A stretch of DNA of 64,000 nucleotides, from contig JAANOX010000071.1 in NCBI GenBank assembly GCA_020184695.1, forward strand, positions 62,001 through 126,000, read 5' to 3'. The notes below the pieces were generated by a model. The model saw only the letters and a list, made by a program, of their open reading frames with translations. It was not told the origin of the DNA and made no database searches. Position numbers and translations under genes: made by a program. The stretch comes from Histomonas meleagridis 2922-C6/04-290x (lineage: Eukaryota; Protista; Parabasalia). Below, piece by piece: positions 21,731-33,831 of this stretch; position 1 is the stretch's first letter; every line of letters starts with the position of its first letter.

Positions 21731-22922
21731 AGCATTAATATCAATTCCTTCTTGTTCAAGAAAGTATTTTACAATTTCAACATTACCTGATTTTGAAGAG
21801 TATATTAAAAAATTTGTATTTTGATTATTTATATGAAGATATTGTACAAGGAATAAATTTCCTATTTTTATTTCTTTTAAAATATTTTTATCATCATATT
21901 GTATTCCTTCTCCTTCCAAAAATAATAAAAGTTCGTAATTACCACTAGTAATACAGATTTTTTGGAAATAATTAAGCATTGTTTTATCAGCTTGGTTTGA
22001 TTTATCAATAATTTTATTTTCATAAAGATATTTAAATAAATCATTTTGATGAAATTTAATTGCAGTTTTATCTACATCTTTTAATGATGAATGATTTTGT
22101 TCACATAAATGAAATATTTCTAGATTTCCACCTGCAACTGCATATTTACCTGTATTAATTACATTTGCATCATTCATAAGTAAATATTTAAAACATTTAA
22201 CTGATCCAAAATATGCTGCATAATCAATTAATGTAACATTTTCTTTATTAATAAAATCACATCTTTCATAAATTGATGGTTCTATTATTTGATTAAAATC
22301 AAATTTTGGTTGTGAAGATATTTCTTGAAGTTTTTCTATTTCATCATTACGAATGATTTTTTTTTTTTTTTTTGGATTATGTCCTTCTTTAACATATTGC
22401 TTATGTAGTTGAAAATCATTCTTTGATAGTTCTTCTATGTTTTCCAATAAATTTTTTTCTGTTCGTTGAAATTTTTTGGGTTTTCTATTTTTATGGTAAT
22501 GAATGAAATAATTAGTTCGTTTAATTGTTAAAATATTTGCTTTAGCTAAATTTTGTTGAATCAATATATTATATATATAATATGCTTCTTGCTTTTCCAT
22601 TTTCGATATATAATTTGAAAAAATTGTAATGATTTTAGGTATATTTTCATTTATTTCATCTTCTTTAATTTGAATTAATTGTAAAAATTTTAAGTATATA
22701 TCAAATTCTTTCTTTCTTGAACAAAATACAAAATAAATCAATTCACAAATGACATGATTAAATGTATATGGATAATTCGATTCAAATTTTTTTGCAATCT
22801 TGTTGAACTGAAAAAAATCAAGGTTTTTCATCAGATAAGCCCATGATGATTTTTTGGAGTTCAATAAGTAATTCCAAGTAGGTGAATTTATTTTCTTTTT
22901 CTGGGGGATTGGGATCTTGCAT
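21725..22922 (-). CDS. N-terminal DUF3447-like head of ankyrin gene B; true start probably ATG at 22922, one frameshift near 22825
   Basis: MQDPQSPEKENKFTYLELLIELQKIIMGLSDE is paralogous to head A. One extra A in GAAAAAC shifts it into ORF 21710-23017, which has IIRNDEIEKLQ, YAAYFGSVKCFKYLL, YAVAGGNLEI. Confidence 0.75.
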
Positions 22923-22989
22923 TTATTTTCTTTTTCTGGAAATAAAAAGTGACAGCAAATCTTGTGCGTCACTTTTTTGAAAAAAGAAT

Positions 22990-23853
22990 TTTTCGAAATT
23001 TTCAATTTCTTCTTCAAAATAATGGAAATAATGTTAATGTAAAAGATATTTTTTCAATTTTTTTGGTGGTAATATTTTACAAAAATATTTGGAATATATT
23101 TATATTATTCAATACTCCACTTATAGTTGCATCTATATGTGATAATGATGAAATTGTTAAAATACTTCTTCAACAAAAAGGAATTGATGTTAATGCTAAA
23201 GATCTTTTTTTGTTTCATTTAATGTTTTATTAATTAATTAATTTAATATTTTCATTAAACATTTAAAAATTATTTGATACAGCACTTTTACATGCATCTT
23301 TCAAGGATAATGTAGGTGTTGTTATATCACTTTTTAAATTTGAAGGAATTAATGTTAATGCAAAAAATATTAATTTATGAGATTTATTATTTTATTGAAT
23401 AATTTGATATTTTTATTAAAGAATTGGAAATTATTTAAATAATTTGATATTGCTCTCCATCTTGCAGCTGAAGAAGACAATTCAGTAATTGTTGAATTAC
23501 TTGTTAAACATAAGAAAATTGATGTTAATGCTAAAAATATATTTCTGTTTATTTTATATGTAAATAAATATTTCGATGTTTCATGATGAAATTTGGAATT
23601 TCTTCAAATTATTTGATACACCACTTATTATAGCAAATATAAGTGATAATGATGATTTGGTTGTATTACTTCTAACTAATAAAAATATCAACAAAAACAC
23701 TAAAAATATTCCTATGTATTGGTTAAAATTTTATTAAATAATTTGATATTTTATTTAAATATTTGAAATTTATGTAATTAATTTTTTACACCTCTTCTGA
23801 TTGCAAAGGCTAATGAAAATGATATCGTCGATTTGCTTAAGGGGTATAAATAA
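22990..23853 (+). repeat. Ankyrin array C: 5 spacer-interrupted modules, no N-terminal head
   Basis: Modules TPLIVASICDNDEIVKILLQQKGIDVNAKD, IALHLAAEEDNSVIVELLVKHKKIDVNAKN and others; spacers 66, 75, 80, 79, 80 nt; ends LLKGYK* at 23853. Confidence 0.85.
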
Positions 23854-24274
23854 AAACACACTCACTTCCTTAAATATTACTTTTTATGTTGAAGTCATAC
23901 ATTTAATTAGTGAGTTTTTATATTATAACAACAAATATTATTTATCTGAGTTGTAAATGATTTGATTTAAATAATATTATGAGTTATACCATTATATAAA
24001 ATAGAAATGATACATGTGCAGGAAGTCTCACATGATAAAGTTTTTCTGTTAATCAAATTAAAATTTAAGTAATTATTAAATGTGTAATTTCTTCAAGAAT
24101 TCCAATATTAATTTTAATATCTAAACTCAAATATTACCATTGAAAACATTTTTATTCTATTTCTTATTGAAATAATGTTTTTTGACATCATTTTGTTCTC
24201 TCTTATTAATTATTAATATTGAACACCAAAATCGACAGCATATTTAAATCCAAAAAGTTTTTATTAATACACAT

Positions 24275-27200
24275 TTATTCACTTTTCAGTAATTTTTCTA
24301 TCTCTTCGTCAGCTGCGTCCGCGGGCATCATTCCTTCAGCGTTGTACCACCTCTGTGGGTCAGCTCCGAACTCAATTAGCTTCGAAACGATGGATTTGTT
24401 CTTTTTGCTTAACCGCAATCATCAAAGGCGTCTCGTGCATTTTGTCATCATTTGGCGCGTTCGCAAGTGCACCGCCTTTCAGAAGACATGTGACTGCTTT
24501 ATGGCTCTCTTTTTCTTGACAGCAATTGATAGTGGCGAAATTCCTTTCGAATTTTGCATGTCTAAGTCACAACGTGGGTCAGAAACAAGAAGTGGGAGAA
24601 GTTTTGTGGCTTTCATTGAGATACATCGACATAATGGAGTTTGGCCATGTCGATCATAAACATTAAGATCGAGATTCGGAAGAGAAAGAAGAGCCCTAAA
24701 AAGTTTCACTTCCTTAGTTAACTTGCAGTCAAGGAAATAATGAAGTGGATGTTGATATTTATCAGTATAATTATTGGGATCAATATCTGCACAAGCAGCT
24801 GATAAAAGAAACAGTGGCTTACATTGACGAGTTTCAATACATACGTGTGTGAGGAATTGCCCCTTAGAATTAGGGCAATTTAGATCCGAAGTTTTGCAAT
24901 GCTTGAGAAGCTTTTTGAATGTTTTACTTTTGCGGTTTTGTAATGCATAGAAAAGCGACGGTTCGTGAAACTCCAAATGTGTTCTGTTGATGGAAGCGCC
25001 TTGTTGAATAAGAAACTCAGAAATATCAGAATACCCATTTTCAAATGATGAAATTAGTGGGGTTTCAGATGTATAATCACCTTTATCAGCATCGATTTTA
25101 TGTTCAAAAAGATTTTGGATGACACATAAAGATGGATTTCTGATGGCATAGAAAAGAGCAGTTCGATGATCATCATCAGTATCATTGATATCAAAGTTAT
25201 CTGTTACCATTTTAAGCATTTTCAAATCATCGAAAAATAATGAAGCAAAATGTAAAAGTGGTGATGCTTGAATTCTACATGCTGATATCATTGATGGGAA
25301 ATTTTTTGCTTGATATTGGAATAATGATAATGAATGGTTAACAAATGATCGATTGAAATCAGTTATTCCTAAAATCTTAAAGAATTTAAACTGGTCATTT
25401 TGGTTTCGTGTATAAGCCAATTCCATACAAGCTGAATGCATATATTCACATTGTAATACATTGAAGTCATCATAAGATGGGGGTTTTGAAGCTTGTGCAA
25501 TATTAAGATAAGTGTATTCTCTATTGAGGAACTTAACTGAATTTTCTGACTTTAGACATTCATTAATCTCAGGTAATGGTGCATCAAGTGGTATTAAAGT
25601 TTGTAACTTTGAGCACCGTTTAAATATTTTGACAATTTTCTGTGTGAATTTTGAGAAGGGCATTGAAATTATCCATTTGTTGTCGCCGGCCTTAACGTTC
25701 GAGCAGAACAAGGAACCAAAAACTGGGTCGTGTGCAAATGATATTTGGAACCTTAAGTCTGGGAATGGTGGCTCTATGAATGGTAATGATTGTTCTAATT
25801 GTGTGATTATAAACATTAACCAAAAATCAGTTAAAGCTTCAATCTGAAGAAAATCAACAGCAAAATATCCTTTGGGGCTAGAGACAATACCAATAGTGCT
25901 TTTAGGTCTAAATTGTGTAAATCTAATGGAATTAATTGGTGCACCAAAAAAGAGTGGTTTTGTATTACTACATATAAATCCATAAGATTCAGGGATGATT
26001 TCATGTGTATCCGATTTTTTAGGAGCAAAATTCATTAAATGCAAAAATCCTCGTGTTAAAATTAGGGTGCACCGGAGACCGTTAACACTTACGTAATGTG
26101 AATAAACAACAGTTCCGAAATATGTTGGGTTTTGTGGCTTTCCATGGCTTTGGAAAGAATTAAGAGTAAAGAGGAAACGATCAACAATGTCACTAGGAAA
26201 AGTTTTCCAGCATGCAAGACATGATGCAATTGTAACTTCAAAATAAGAATCCTGCAAGACAGTTGGATTCCTAATGTTGTTTGTATTAATGACTTTACTT
26301 ATAGTCCCCCATTTATATGTAGTTGATTGATCAACGACAAAATAATTTGAAAAGAAATTAAGAAGACGTTGAGTCATTACAAAGGAAATGTCATCTTTAA
26401 TACCAGCAAATCCGTTGTGCAAAGGGTCTTCAGGATATGCCTTGAATATGCCTCTTAATAATTTGAGAATTGTAAATATAAATTTTGATGGACGTACAAG
26501 CATAAGAGCATCAAATAGTTGCGAAGGGAACTCACTGATTTTGCTTTTGTAGGTTTCGTTATGATTCGTAAGATTTTGACGTGGAACATAAAACGACGAA
26601 TAGACTTCATATGTGAGTTCACCGGACGGACAAAAAACGCCGTCGACAAAAAGGAGCCGTAGAAAATCTGTTATTTTGGTAAATGGAATAAACACTTGAG
26701 ATTTTTGATTGCAGTTATAATGTAAAAGCAAGTGTTCAAAAGGGATACCCATTTTATTGGAAAGATCTGTGAAATACTTTTCAAATGTTTCATTACCAAT
26801 TGTATCTAAGATTGATTTTAATATATCTCCTTCTTCTTCATTTGGAGAAAATGGTATTGAGATTACAACGGGTTCGGACTGCTTATTAAAATTCTCGATT
26901 TTGAAGGTGATTTTTTTATATATTGGTGATTTTGACCCAATAAAAGAAATAACACTAGTATCTAATGGATAAAACTGGAGTGCGCCCTCACCTTCATTGT
27001 TCACAGGAGTTGCTTTTGATGATATCTCATTTTGGATTTGTGGAAATATATGAAACAATTTTGTTGAAAGTGGAAGGTAGAATGTATAATGTGGATCCCT
27101 ATAAACCACACCTTTTAAGTCATCATTTTCATCAAACAAAACATCATTTTTCAACAAATCTAAAAATTGTCTTGATGTGAGTTCATCATAATCTTTAACT

Positions 27201-27277
27201 ATTTTTTTGGCAAACTGGTTTAGGGAATCTTTTGTTAAGAATATAAATCTTGTTATTTTTTTGTTTTCTGATGACAT
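24275..27277 (-). CDS. Large protein with C-terminal conventional (uninterrupted) ankyrin repeats; two compensating frame breaks near 24510 and 24410
   Basis: 932-aa ORF with DINDTDDDHRTALFYA, ETPLISS, QTPLCRCI. It continues as AVTCLLKGGALANAP...ETPLMIAVKQK and NKSIVSKLIEFGADP...KLLKSE*. Confidence 0.8.
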
Positions 27278-27639
27278 TATTTTGCTGATAAATTTTTATT
27301 TCACATGTCATCTAACCAAAGCGACTTTCTAATTTTTATTCATCATTTCATGAAATACCACAATAAAGCAATTTTAATCTATATACAAAAGAAACCAAAA
27401 ACAATTTTATGATTTTTATTGAAAGTTTTTAGAATTTTTTTAACAGATAATTTGATAAGAAAAATTATTATTAAATTTCGTTTTCATATTCCTTTAAAAG
27501 GATGTCCTGCTAGTCTATGAATTATTGTTTATCGTTATTTATGTCAATATATTTTCGAGATTATTGAGTGTTATCTCGACCATTTATTTTTAAATTGACC
27601 GTTACAGTCTTCTTTCAATTGGAAACGTTCATCAACCAA

Positions 27640-28578
27640 ATGAGTGACAACAAAGACGAGCTCAGGAAAATTCAACGCCGTCCAGAGAATCAAAAGTGTG
27701 CTGACTGCGGAGCTAAAAATCCAACTTGGGCAAGCGTCACATATGGAATATGGATATGTCTTGAATGTGCTGGAAAGCATCGTGGATTAGGAGTCCATAA
27801 TTCATTTGTACGTTCACTTGATCTAGACTCATGGAGTCAGTCACAAATCAATGTAATGAATGCAGGAGGTAACAGAAAAGCCCGTGAATATTTTAAATCA
27901 ATTGGAATTGATAATTTACCAGTTGCTACCAAATACAAAACACGTGGTGCTCATCAATATGCTGCCAAGCTTTATGCTGAAGCTGGTGAAACATTGGCTA
28001 ACCCTGCACCACCACCTGTTGAACAAATTGAACCAGATTTACCACAACAAAGTGAAGAACAAGAATCTCAAGAAAGCGAAAACAAGGAACCACAAGAAGA
28101 CAACAAACAAAAACCACAACAGGAAACTCAAAAGAAAAATCCAACAAATAACAATAACATTCAATTTTCTAAAAGGCAGTCATCTAGAAAGCCTTCAAGA
28201 AAACCACAACTTGTTAAACTATCTGATGATTCTTTCGATGACTTCTTTGAAGAAGAGCCACAGGAAGAACCTCCGAAGCCATCGTCCGACCAACCAAGCG
28301 GGGCACCCCAAAGAAGACCTTGTCCATATGAATCATATTCAAATTCAGTATCTTATGTACCACCAGAAAATAATCACCAGCACGAAGAACAAGAAAATCA
28401 TAATGTTGCTTCTGCAGGTCAGGTAGTTGTTAATGTTGTAACAAATGTTGCTGAAAAAATCGGTAATGTAGTTACTCAAGCAGGCCATACTGTCGCACCA
28501 TATGCAAGCGCTGCTTGGGAAAAGAGTAAGCAAATAGGTTCGTCTTTGTTAAACATGATGAATTGGAATAGTGAATAA
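27640..28578 (+). CDS. ARF GTPase-activating protein (ArfGAP1/2-like)
   Basis: CADCGAKNPTWASVTYGIWICLECAGKHRGLGVHNSFVRS zinc finger; likely start MSDNKDEL at 27640. Confidence 0.92.
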   Translation: MSDNKDELRKIQRRPENQKCADCGAKNPTWASVTYGIWICLECAGKHRGLGVHNSFVRSLDLDSWSQSQINVMNAGGNRKAREYFKSIGIDNLPVATKYKTRGAHQYAAKLYAEAGETLANPAPPPVEQIEPDLPQQSEEQESQESENKEPQEDNKQKPQQETQKKNPTNNNNIQFSKRQSSRKPSRKPQLVKLSDDSFDDFFEEEPQEEPPKPSSDQPSGAPQRRPCPYESYSNSVSYVPPENNHQHEEQENHNVASAGQVVVNVVTNVAEKIGNVVTQAGHTVAPYASAAWEKSKQIGSSLLNMMNWNSE

Positions 28579-28729
28579 GGAACAAAAATAAATCGTGTTT
28601 ATAAAAATTTTTTGATACCACTTCTTGTTTTTGTTTTTGATAATAACAAACGTTGTGCTCCTTCTGAGAAAAGAACAATTTTTTTTTGCTCGAAGTGTAT
28701 CGTTGGGGTGGTCTGCATTGTCACTTTTT

Positions 28730-29467
28730 ATGTCGGATTGCGAAGAAGAGGAACTCTTCAATGGAAATGATATGTACGAACTATTTTTCGATAGAGAGTA
28801 TGTTAAGCAAGAGTGTAATCTTCCTTCTGGACGCGAAATGTCATTCCTTGCACTTAAAACATCAATGACTGATGCAGATCTTACAGGTCAAATTTTATGG
28901 CCAGGGTGCACACTACTAATAACATGGCTTGATTACAATATGTCAATTTTTGATAATAAGTCTGTTGTTGAAGTAGGTGCTGGAACTGGAGTTTGTGCAT
29001 CATTTATAGCAAAATATTCATCACCAACAAAAGTTATTGCAACTGATGGATCAGAACCAGTTATGGAATTGATACAAAATAACATTGATTTATACAAAGA
29101 TAGAAAGAATATAACATGTGAATTATTAAAATGGAATAAAGAAAGCCGCGAACCATTCGCTAAAAAACATGGACAGTTTGATTTTGTGATTGGATCCGAG
29201 ATAGCATATAATGAAAATTGTGTTGAAGATTTGGTTGACACAATGAATTTATTACTAAAACCAAACGGGAGATTTGTTATTGGACATATTGATAGGTATA
29301 CTCAAACAACTCGTGCTCTCTATCGAAAACTAGAAGAAAGCGGATTTGTAAAAGAATCAGAATTTCCTTGGGACTCACTTCTCAATTACAAAATGGAGTT
29401 AATAGTAGGTTCAGTAATTGTTTTCAAACGAAAAGATGATACAACTGAAATAACATATAAACCATAG
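28730..29467 (+). CDS. METTL21-like (Methyltransf_16) lysine methyltransferase
   Basis: TGQILWPG, VVEVGAGTG, ATDG, LKW, FDFVIGSEIAY; Inr TCACT at 28721. Confidence 0.85.
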   Translation: MSDCEEEELFNGNDMYELFFDREYVKQECNLPSGREMSFLALKTSMTDADLTGQILWPGCTLLITWLDYNMSIFDNKSVVEVGAGTGVCASFIAKYSSPTKVIATDGSEPVMELIQNNIDLYKDRKNITCELLKWNKESREPFAKKHGQFDFVIGSEIAYNENCVEDLVDTMNLLLKPNGRFVIGHIDRYTQTTRALYRKLEESGFVKESEFPWDSLLNYKMELIVGSVIVFKRKDDTTEITYKP

Positions 29468-29555
29468 ATCGATATATTTTTATTCTTTTTTGTGTGAATA
29501 AACTACTTAATTTTTTCAGCGCTTTACAAAAAATGACTATTAACGTTCACTATAA

Positions 29556-30827
29556 ATGCTGAAAATCAAACCAAATCCTCTTTGTATAACTAAGATTGCA
29601 AAAAATGGAATCAAAGCTGCAACGTTAAAGACTGCAGGTGGGCTATCTGTTATTGGTGCAGCATTATCTGTCGGGGCTGTTGATGGTGATACTTCTGGTC
29701 AGACATTTCTTACTCTTCAAGCAAGACTTCTTGATGCGATCGGCAAACCTGAAGATTGCTATAGGAATTGCATAACTTCCTACCTTAAAGTTTTCAAAGA
29801 ACAGTCAATTCTTTTATTCTCTTTCCCATCTGAATCCAGCAGAAAGGCAAATTCTATGCTAGATCTCTTCTTTTGCAAAGCGAATCCAAGTCCATCCACA
29901 GTTGGAAAAGCACGTCACATTCTTTCACAGCAAGAACGTCTTGGTACATATTCAGAATCCTCACTTCTTGAAAGCATTGCTTGTTCTGCCTCTTTTTCTG
30001 ACAAGAAGCATCAAATCAATCCCATCACCACATCTACATCCACACTTCAAGTTAATCAATCTATTCTTAATAATCTTCAATCATCATCAATCCTCATTGG
30101 CTCATCAGATCAACTTGATAATCTTTCCTCACTTGCAAGTAGTTTTTCACCCACTTCATATCAAAGGCAAACGCTTCCCACACAATTTCAAAGTGGATAT
30201 TACACGCAAAAGTCATCAGGAAACTCATTTATTGGAAACAAACTCCTTAAACACATGGCCTATCCACATATTGCCATTTCATTTCCAGCAGCTTCCATTG
30301 ATTCCAGCGACTACTACACATACAAAGTAATTCAGAGCATATTTGGCAGCTGCTCTGAATTTTCATCGGAAGGAATTGGAACCGGTTTGAATTCAGTACT
30401 TTACAAAAATGCGATAACAGGCGGTTGTGAATTCTTGAGATGTGAATTCTGGCCTTATCGAGGCACTGGTTTAATTTCATTTGTAGCAAAGGCTCGTGAA
30501 GAATCACTTCGAAAAATCGCAAGAAATACAAAGAAGTCAATTGATATCGCACTTAAAATTAATGACGAGGATTTGGAAATGGCAAAGGAACAAACAATTA
30601 ATTCTTACTTGAAAGAAACAGATGATTATACAAAAAGATTTGTTGCATTCGGTTTGGAGAATTTGACATGGAACGAATCAAGAGATACTTCAAGTGTAAT
30701 AGAATATATTAGAGGAATTCCAAAAGATAAAATTTTGGATTGTATAAAAAAGAGCTTCTCTGTAAAACCATCAATCGGAATAAATGGTGATGCAGAACCA
30801 GAATTTGTTGCCGAAGCTTGGAAATAA
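29556..30827 (+). CDS. M16 processing peptidase alpha subunit (hydrogenosomal alpha-HPP/alpha-MPP-like)
   Basis: Glycine-rich-loop analogue GSCSEFSSEGIGTGLNSVL, no HxxEH, ML- start. Confidence 0.75.
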   Translation: MLKIKPNPLCITKIAKNGIKAATLKTAGGLSVIGAALSVGAVDGDTSGQTFLTLQARLLDAIGKPEDCYRNCITSYLKVFKEQSILLFSFPSESSRKANSMLDLFFCKANPSPSTVGKARHILSQQERLGTYSESSLLESIACSASFSDKKHQINPITTSTSTLQVNQSILNNLQSSSILIGSSDQLDNLSSLASSFSPTSYQRQTLPTQFQSGYYTQKSSGNSFIGNKLLKHMAYPHIAISFPAASIDSSDYYTYKVIQSIFGSCSEFSSEGIGTGLNSVLYKNAITGGCEFLRCEFWPYRGTGLISFVAKAREESLRKIARNTKKSIDIALKINDEDLEMAKEQTINSYLKETDDYTKRFVAFGLENLTWNESRDTSSVIEYIRGIPKDKILDCIKKSFSVKPSIGINGDAEPEFVAEAWK

Positions 30828-30962
30828 AGATTTGAATATTTTCAAAAAGTCGATGTTTTCTGTGTTTTTACAATGATTTGAGAGAGCGATAGAAAAATTA
30901 AAACGAATGTTTTCGATTTTGACAAATAAATTTCAAATAAAATAGTTATGACATGAAATTGG

Positions 30963-32372
30963 ATGGAAAATGACCTCCTTTTATGTTTTACAAATAGAAG
31001 ACTTGAAACATGTGTTGGAGAAGTAAAATTGAAATTAATGGATAGAGTGCAACAGAATTTATTACAAAAAACAGAAAATTTATCGAAATTACGTGCCAAT
31101 ATTGAATTTGTCCTCAATGATGTTTATCAAACATTGAGAAGCTTTGCTGCTTTTGAAGGCTTCGGACAAGATATGGATTTAAATGAAATTATTGAAAATA
31201 ATTTCCCTTTTTTAAAAAATGATGAGATATGCGAAGCTAAAAACTTATTTCTTTCGTTATCCAATTACAATAAGTATTCCATGGTTTTTAAAGAATACCT
31301 TAGTCATACACCAGAATTTTCAATTTTTTCATCAGAAATTTCAAACATCGAAGAACAGCTTTTGAGTGAAAACCTTTATCCCCAATTCCTTCCCAATTGT
31401 TTTGCACAAATATATACTGAAAGTTTTTTTCTAAATGTCAAGTTATTTTTTTCGTTACGAAAAACAATTCCGTTAGAAGCAAATACTTCCTGTGAGTTTT
31501 CACAATTTTTAATTCACACTCACATTCCATCACCAGATATTCTTTCAAGTTATCCTTCTTTCCTCTCAATTATATCTGATTTGAAGCAAATCATAACAGA
31601 AAAAAATTTATATACAAAATCTTTTCTTCCACACTTATCTTCTCTTAATTCTCTTCTTCATCAAGTCAAAACCCAGTACGCCAACTTCAATTTGATTCGA
31701 ATTCATTTGAAGCAATTTGTTGTAAACTATTTAAATTCAACTAAAAAAAATTTTATGTTTTCATTTCAAGAAATAACATTTAATACCAATCTCCAAAGTT
31801 ATTTATCATATCTTCAAACGCAAGTAGAACATATTCAAGATCAAAATACACAATTATCTCTCGAATTCAATTTTAAGTCTGATCTTGAATCTTCATTAAA
31901 ACCAATTTTTCTTTCGCGTTTATTCGAAACTACCATCGAAAACATCGAATGCGTTTCAGATTTATATAACGAAGTTAATATAATTCATTCCATAACACAA
32001 AATCCTTCATTACTTCTTTCGAGCATTGCAACTTGTTCAGGTTTTCATTATTACGAACAAGTAATTTCATATCTCAAAGACTTAATCTCTGAAAATGAAA
32101 AGAAAAAGAAAAAATACGAAAAAGAAATCCAAAAAGTTCGAACAAAAACAAATTTCTATCATCAACAAATCGAATTATATGAAAATAAGCAAATTTGGCA
32201 ATGCGAAAAATGTTTTATCGAACGTAATTACGTGCTGACGTCATGCGGACATACGTTTTGTGATTTGTGCTATCAGACAATAATCGATTCAAGAACAAGC
32301 AGATGTCCGTTCTGCGGAATGCCGTTCTTGAATGGGGACGTAATGAAAATCCAATGGAAATATGAAATATAA
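30963..32372 (+). CDS. Coiled-coil protein with C-terminal C3HC4 RING (BRE1-like layout)
   Basis: CEKC...SCGHTFCDLC...RCPFC. Confidence 0.75.
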   Translation: MENDLLLCFTNRRLETCVGEVKLKLMDRVQQNLLQKTENLSKLRANIEFVLNDVYQTLRSFAAFEGFGQDMDLNEIIENNFPFLKNDEICEAKNLFLSLSNYNKYSMVFKEYLSHTPEFSIFSSEISNIEEQLLSENLYPQFLPNCFAQIYTESFFLNVKLFFSLRKTIPLEANTSCEFSQFLIHTHIPSPDILSSYPSFLSIISDLKQIITEKNLYTKSFLPHLSSLNSLLHQVKTQYANFNLIRIHLKQFVVNYLNSTKKNFMFSFQEITFNTNLQSYLSYLQTQVEHIQDQNTQLSLEFNFKSDLESSLKPIFLSRLFETTIENIECVSDLYNEVNIIHSITQNPSLLLSSIATCSGFHYYEQVISYLKDLISENEKKKKKYEKEIQKVRTKTNFYHQQIELYENKQIWQCEKCFIERNYVLTSCGHTFCDLCYQTIIDSRTSRCPFCGMPFLNGDVMKIQWKYEI

Positions 32373-32612
32373 AATTCATTTCTTGTATGTAAAAAGTATT
32401 AATAAATTTTTTTGAAAATCTAAAAAATTTATCTTGTTTCCTCATTTTGCTTATGTATTACATATAAAGAGCTATTTGTTATATTGTAAGAAAGGAAATT
32501 AATGTATGTAGTGGTTTTGATGTGGATGAAAATTCGATCGAATTTTTTCATCGGCATATGATCGTTATGCTATTGAAAAAGATGTAAATCCAGAAATTGT
32601 TTAGTTTGAAAT

Positions 32613-33347
32613 TTAATTCGATTCTGTTTCTATGATCAGGCGGGGATATTGTCCTGTTGTGGCCATTGTTGTTCCTGTTTCAATGCAGTATTCCCATGAA
32701 TCATCAGAGTCGATAGTGATGATATCCTCACAGTTATCTGCAAACATTAGTGACTTTATTTTACCAAAGATGGACTCAAGGTAAGCAATACCTTCTTTTC
32801 TGGTGTTTTTTGGTGGTATTACCAGAAATATGAATGGAATATCATTTGACTCTCCAATTTGGCACCTAAAAACAGAGCTGTCCAGTTTCCAAGTTTGCAC
32901 TTCCTTGCGGAAATTAAACTTACTAAAAAAGTTAACTTGTTCCGTTTTTAATGGAACAATTTGAACATTTGAGAGTTTATAAGCGAAATACCAAGTAAAC
33001 ATGAACTTCATATCTTGATCTGATCGTAAGTAAACAACTGTACCATTTGACTCATCACGAAAGCCAAATTTCATTTGATTTCCGAAAGTCGCTTGCACCA
33101 AATCGGTAAATGAATTGTAATTATTGTTAGTAAGGAAGACCTTATTCCAATTTCTTGTTGGAGCGGCTATTTTAAGATTTATTTCATCTCCAATTGAAAT
33201 TTGATTATTTCCTGTTTCAGATTTTTGTGGATTTTGTTTTCTAATATCTTCTAGTTTTTGTTTAAGTCCGACACCACGTTCTTCCTCTTCCTTGATCATT
33301 TCTTCAAGTCTTGTGATAATTTCATTTGCCTGGGTGAGTACTTTCAT
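32613..33347 (-). CDS. Coiled-coil plus tandem PB1-like domain protein
   Basis: Two segments with acidic PB1-type motifs (FRDESNGTVVYLRSDQDM; FADNCEDIITIDSDDSW). Confidence 0.55.
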   Translation of the reverse strand: MKVLTQANEIITRLEEMIKEEEERGVGLKQKLEDIRKQNPQKSETGNNQISIGDEINLKIAAPTRNWNKVFLTNNNYNSFTDLVQATFGNQMKFGFRDESNGTVVYLRSDQDMKFMFTWYFAYKLSNVQIVPLKTEQVNFFSKFNFRKEVQTWKLDSSVFRCQIGESNDIPFIFLVIPPKNTRKEGIAYLESIFGKIKSLMFADNCEDIITIDSDDSWEYCIETGTTMATTGQYPRLIIETESN

Positions 33348-33831
33348 TTCTCGGTCTAATTGAAACCGTTAATATTCACTTTTTGAACGCTGAAAAATTA
33401 TTTTTTATTTCTGTATTTGTGCAAATTAATTTTTTGACTTATTTCTGTATATGCATATCATTTTAATTTTTTTACTTAGAATAATACCTATTTTTTCTCA
33501 ATCCAGTTTCAAGGCAAAAAAATAAAAAATTATTTCTGTATGTCAACGAATTCGTTGACCATTTCCATAAATACAGTAAATCTGAAATTACAACATCATT
33601 TTAATTTTTCACTGAGAAATACACTCGTTAATCTTTATATGAAAAAATATTAGAAAGAAGAACATTTTATAAAAACTGTCATATTAATATTTTGGAAGCA
33701 AAACAATTCATTCTCTTTTCCTTTTATATCTTTTATAATTTTCATATATTTTCTCACATTTCTTTTTATTTGTTTAAATTATTTCCAGTGAACATCTGAA
33801 ATGTTCAACACGCCCAAACTTTTAACATTTA

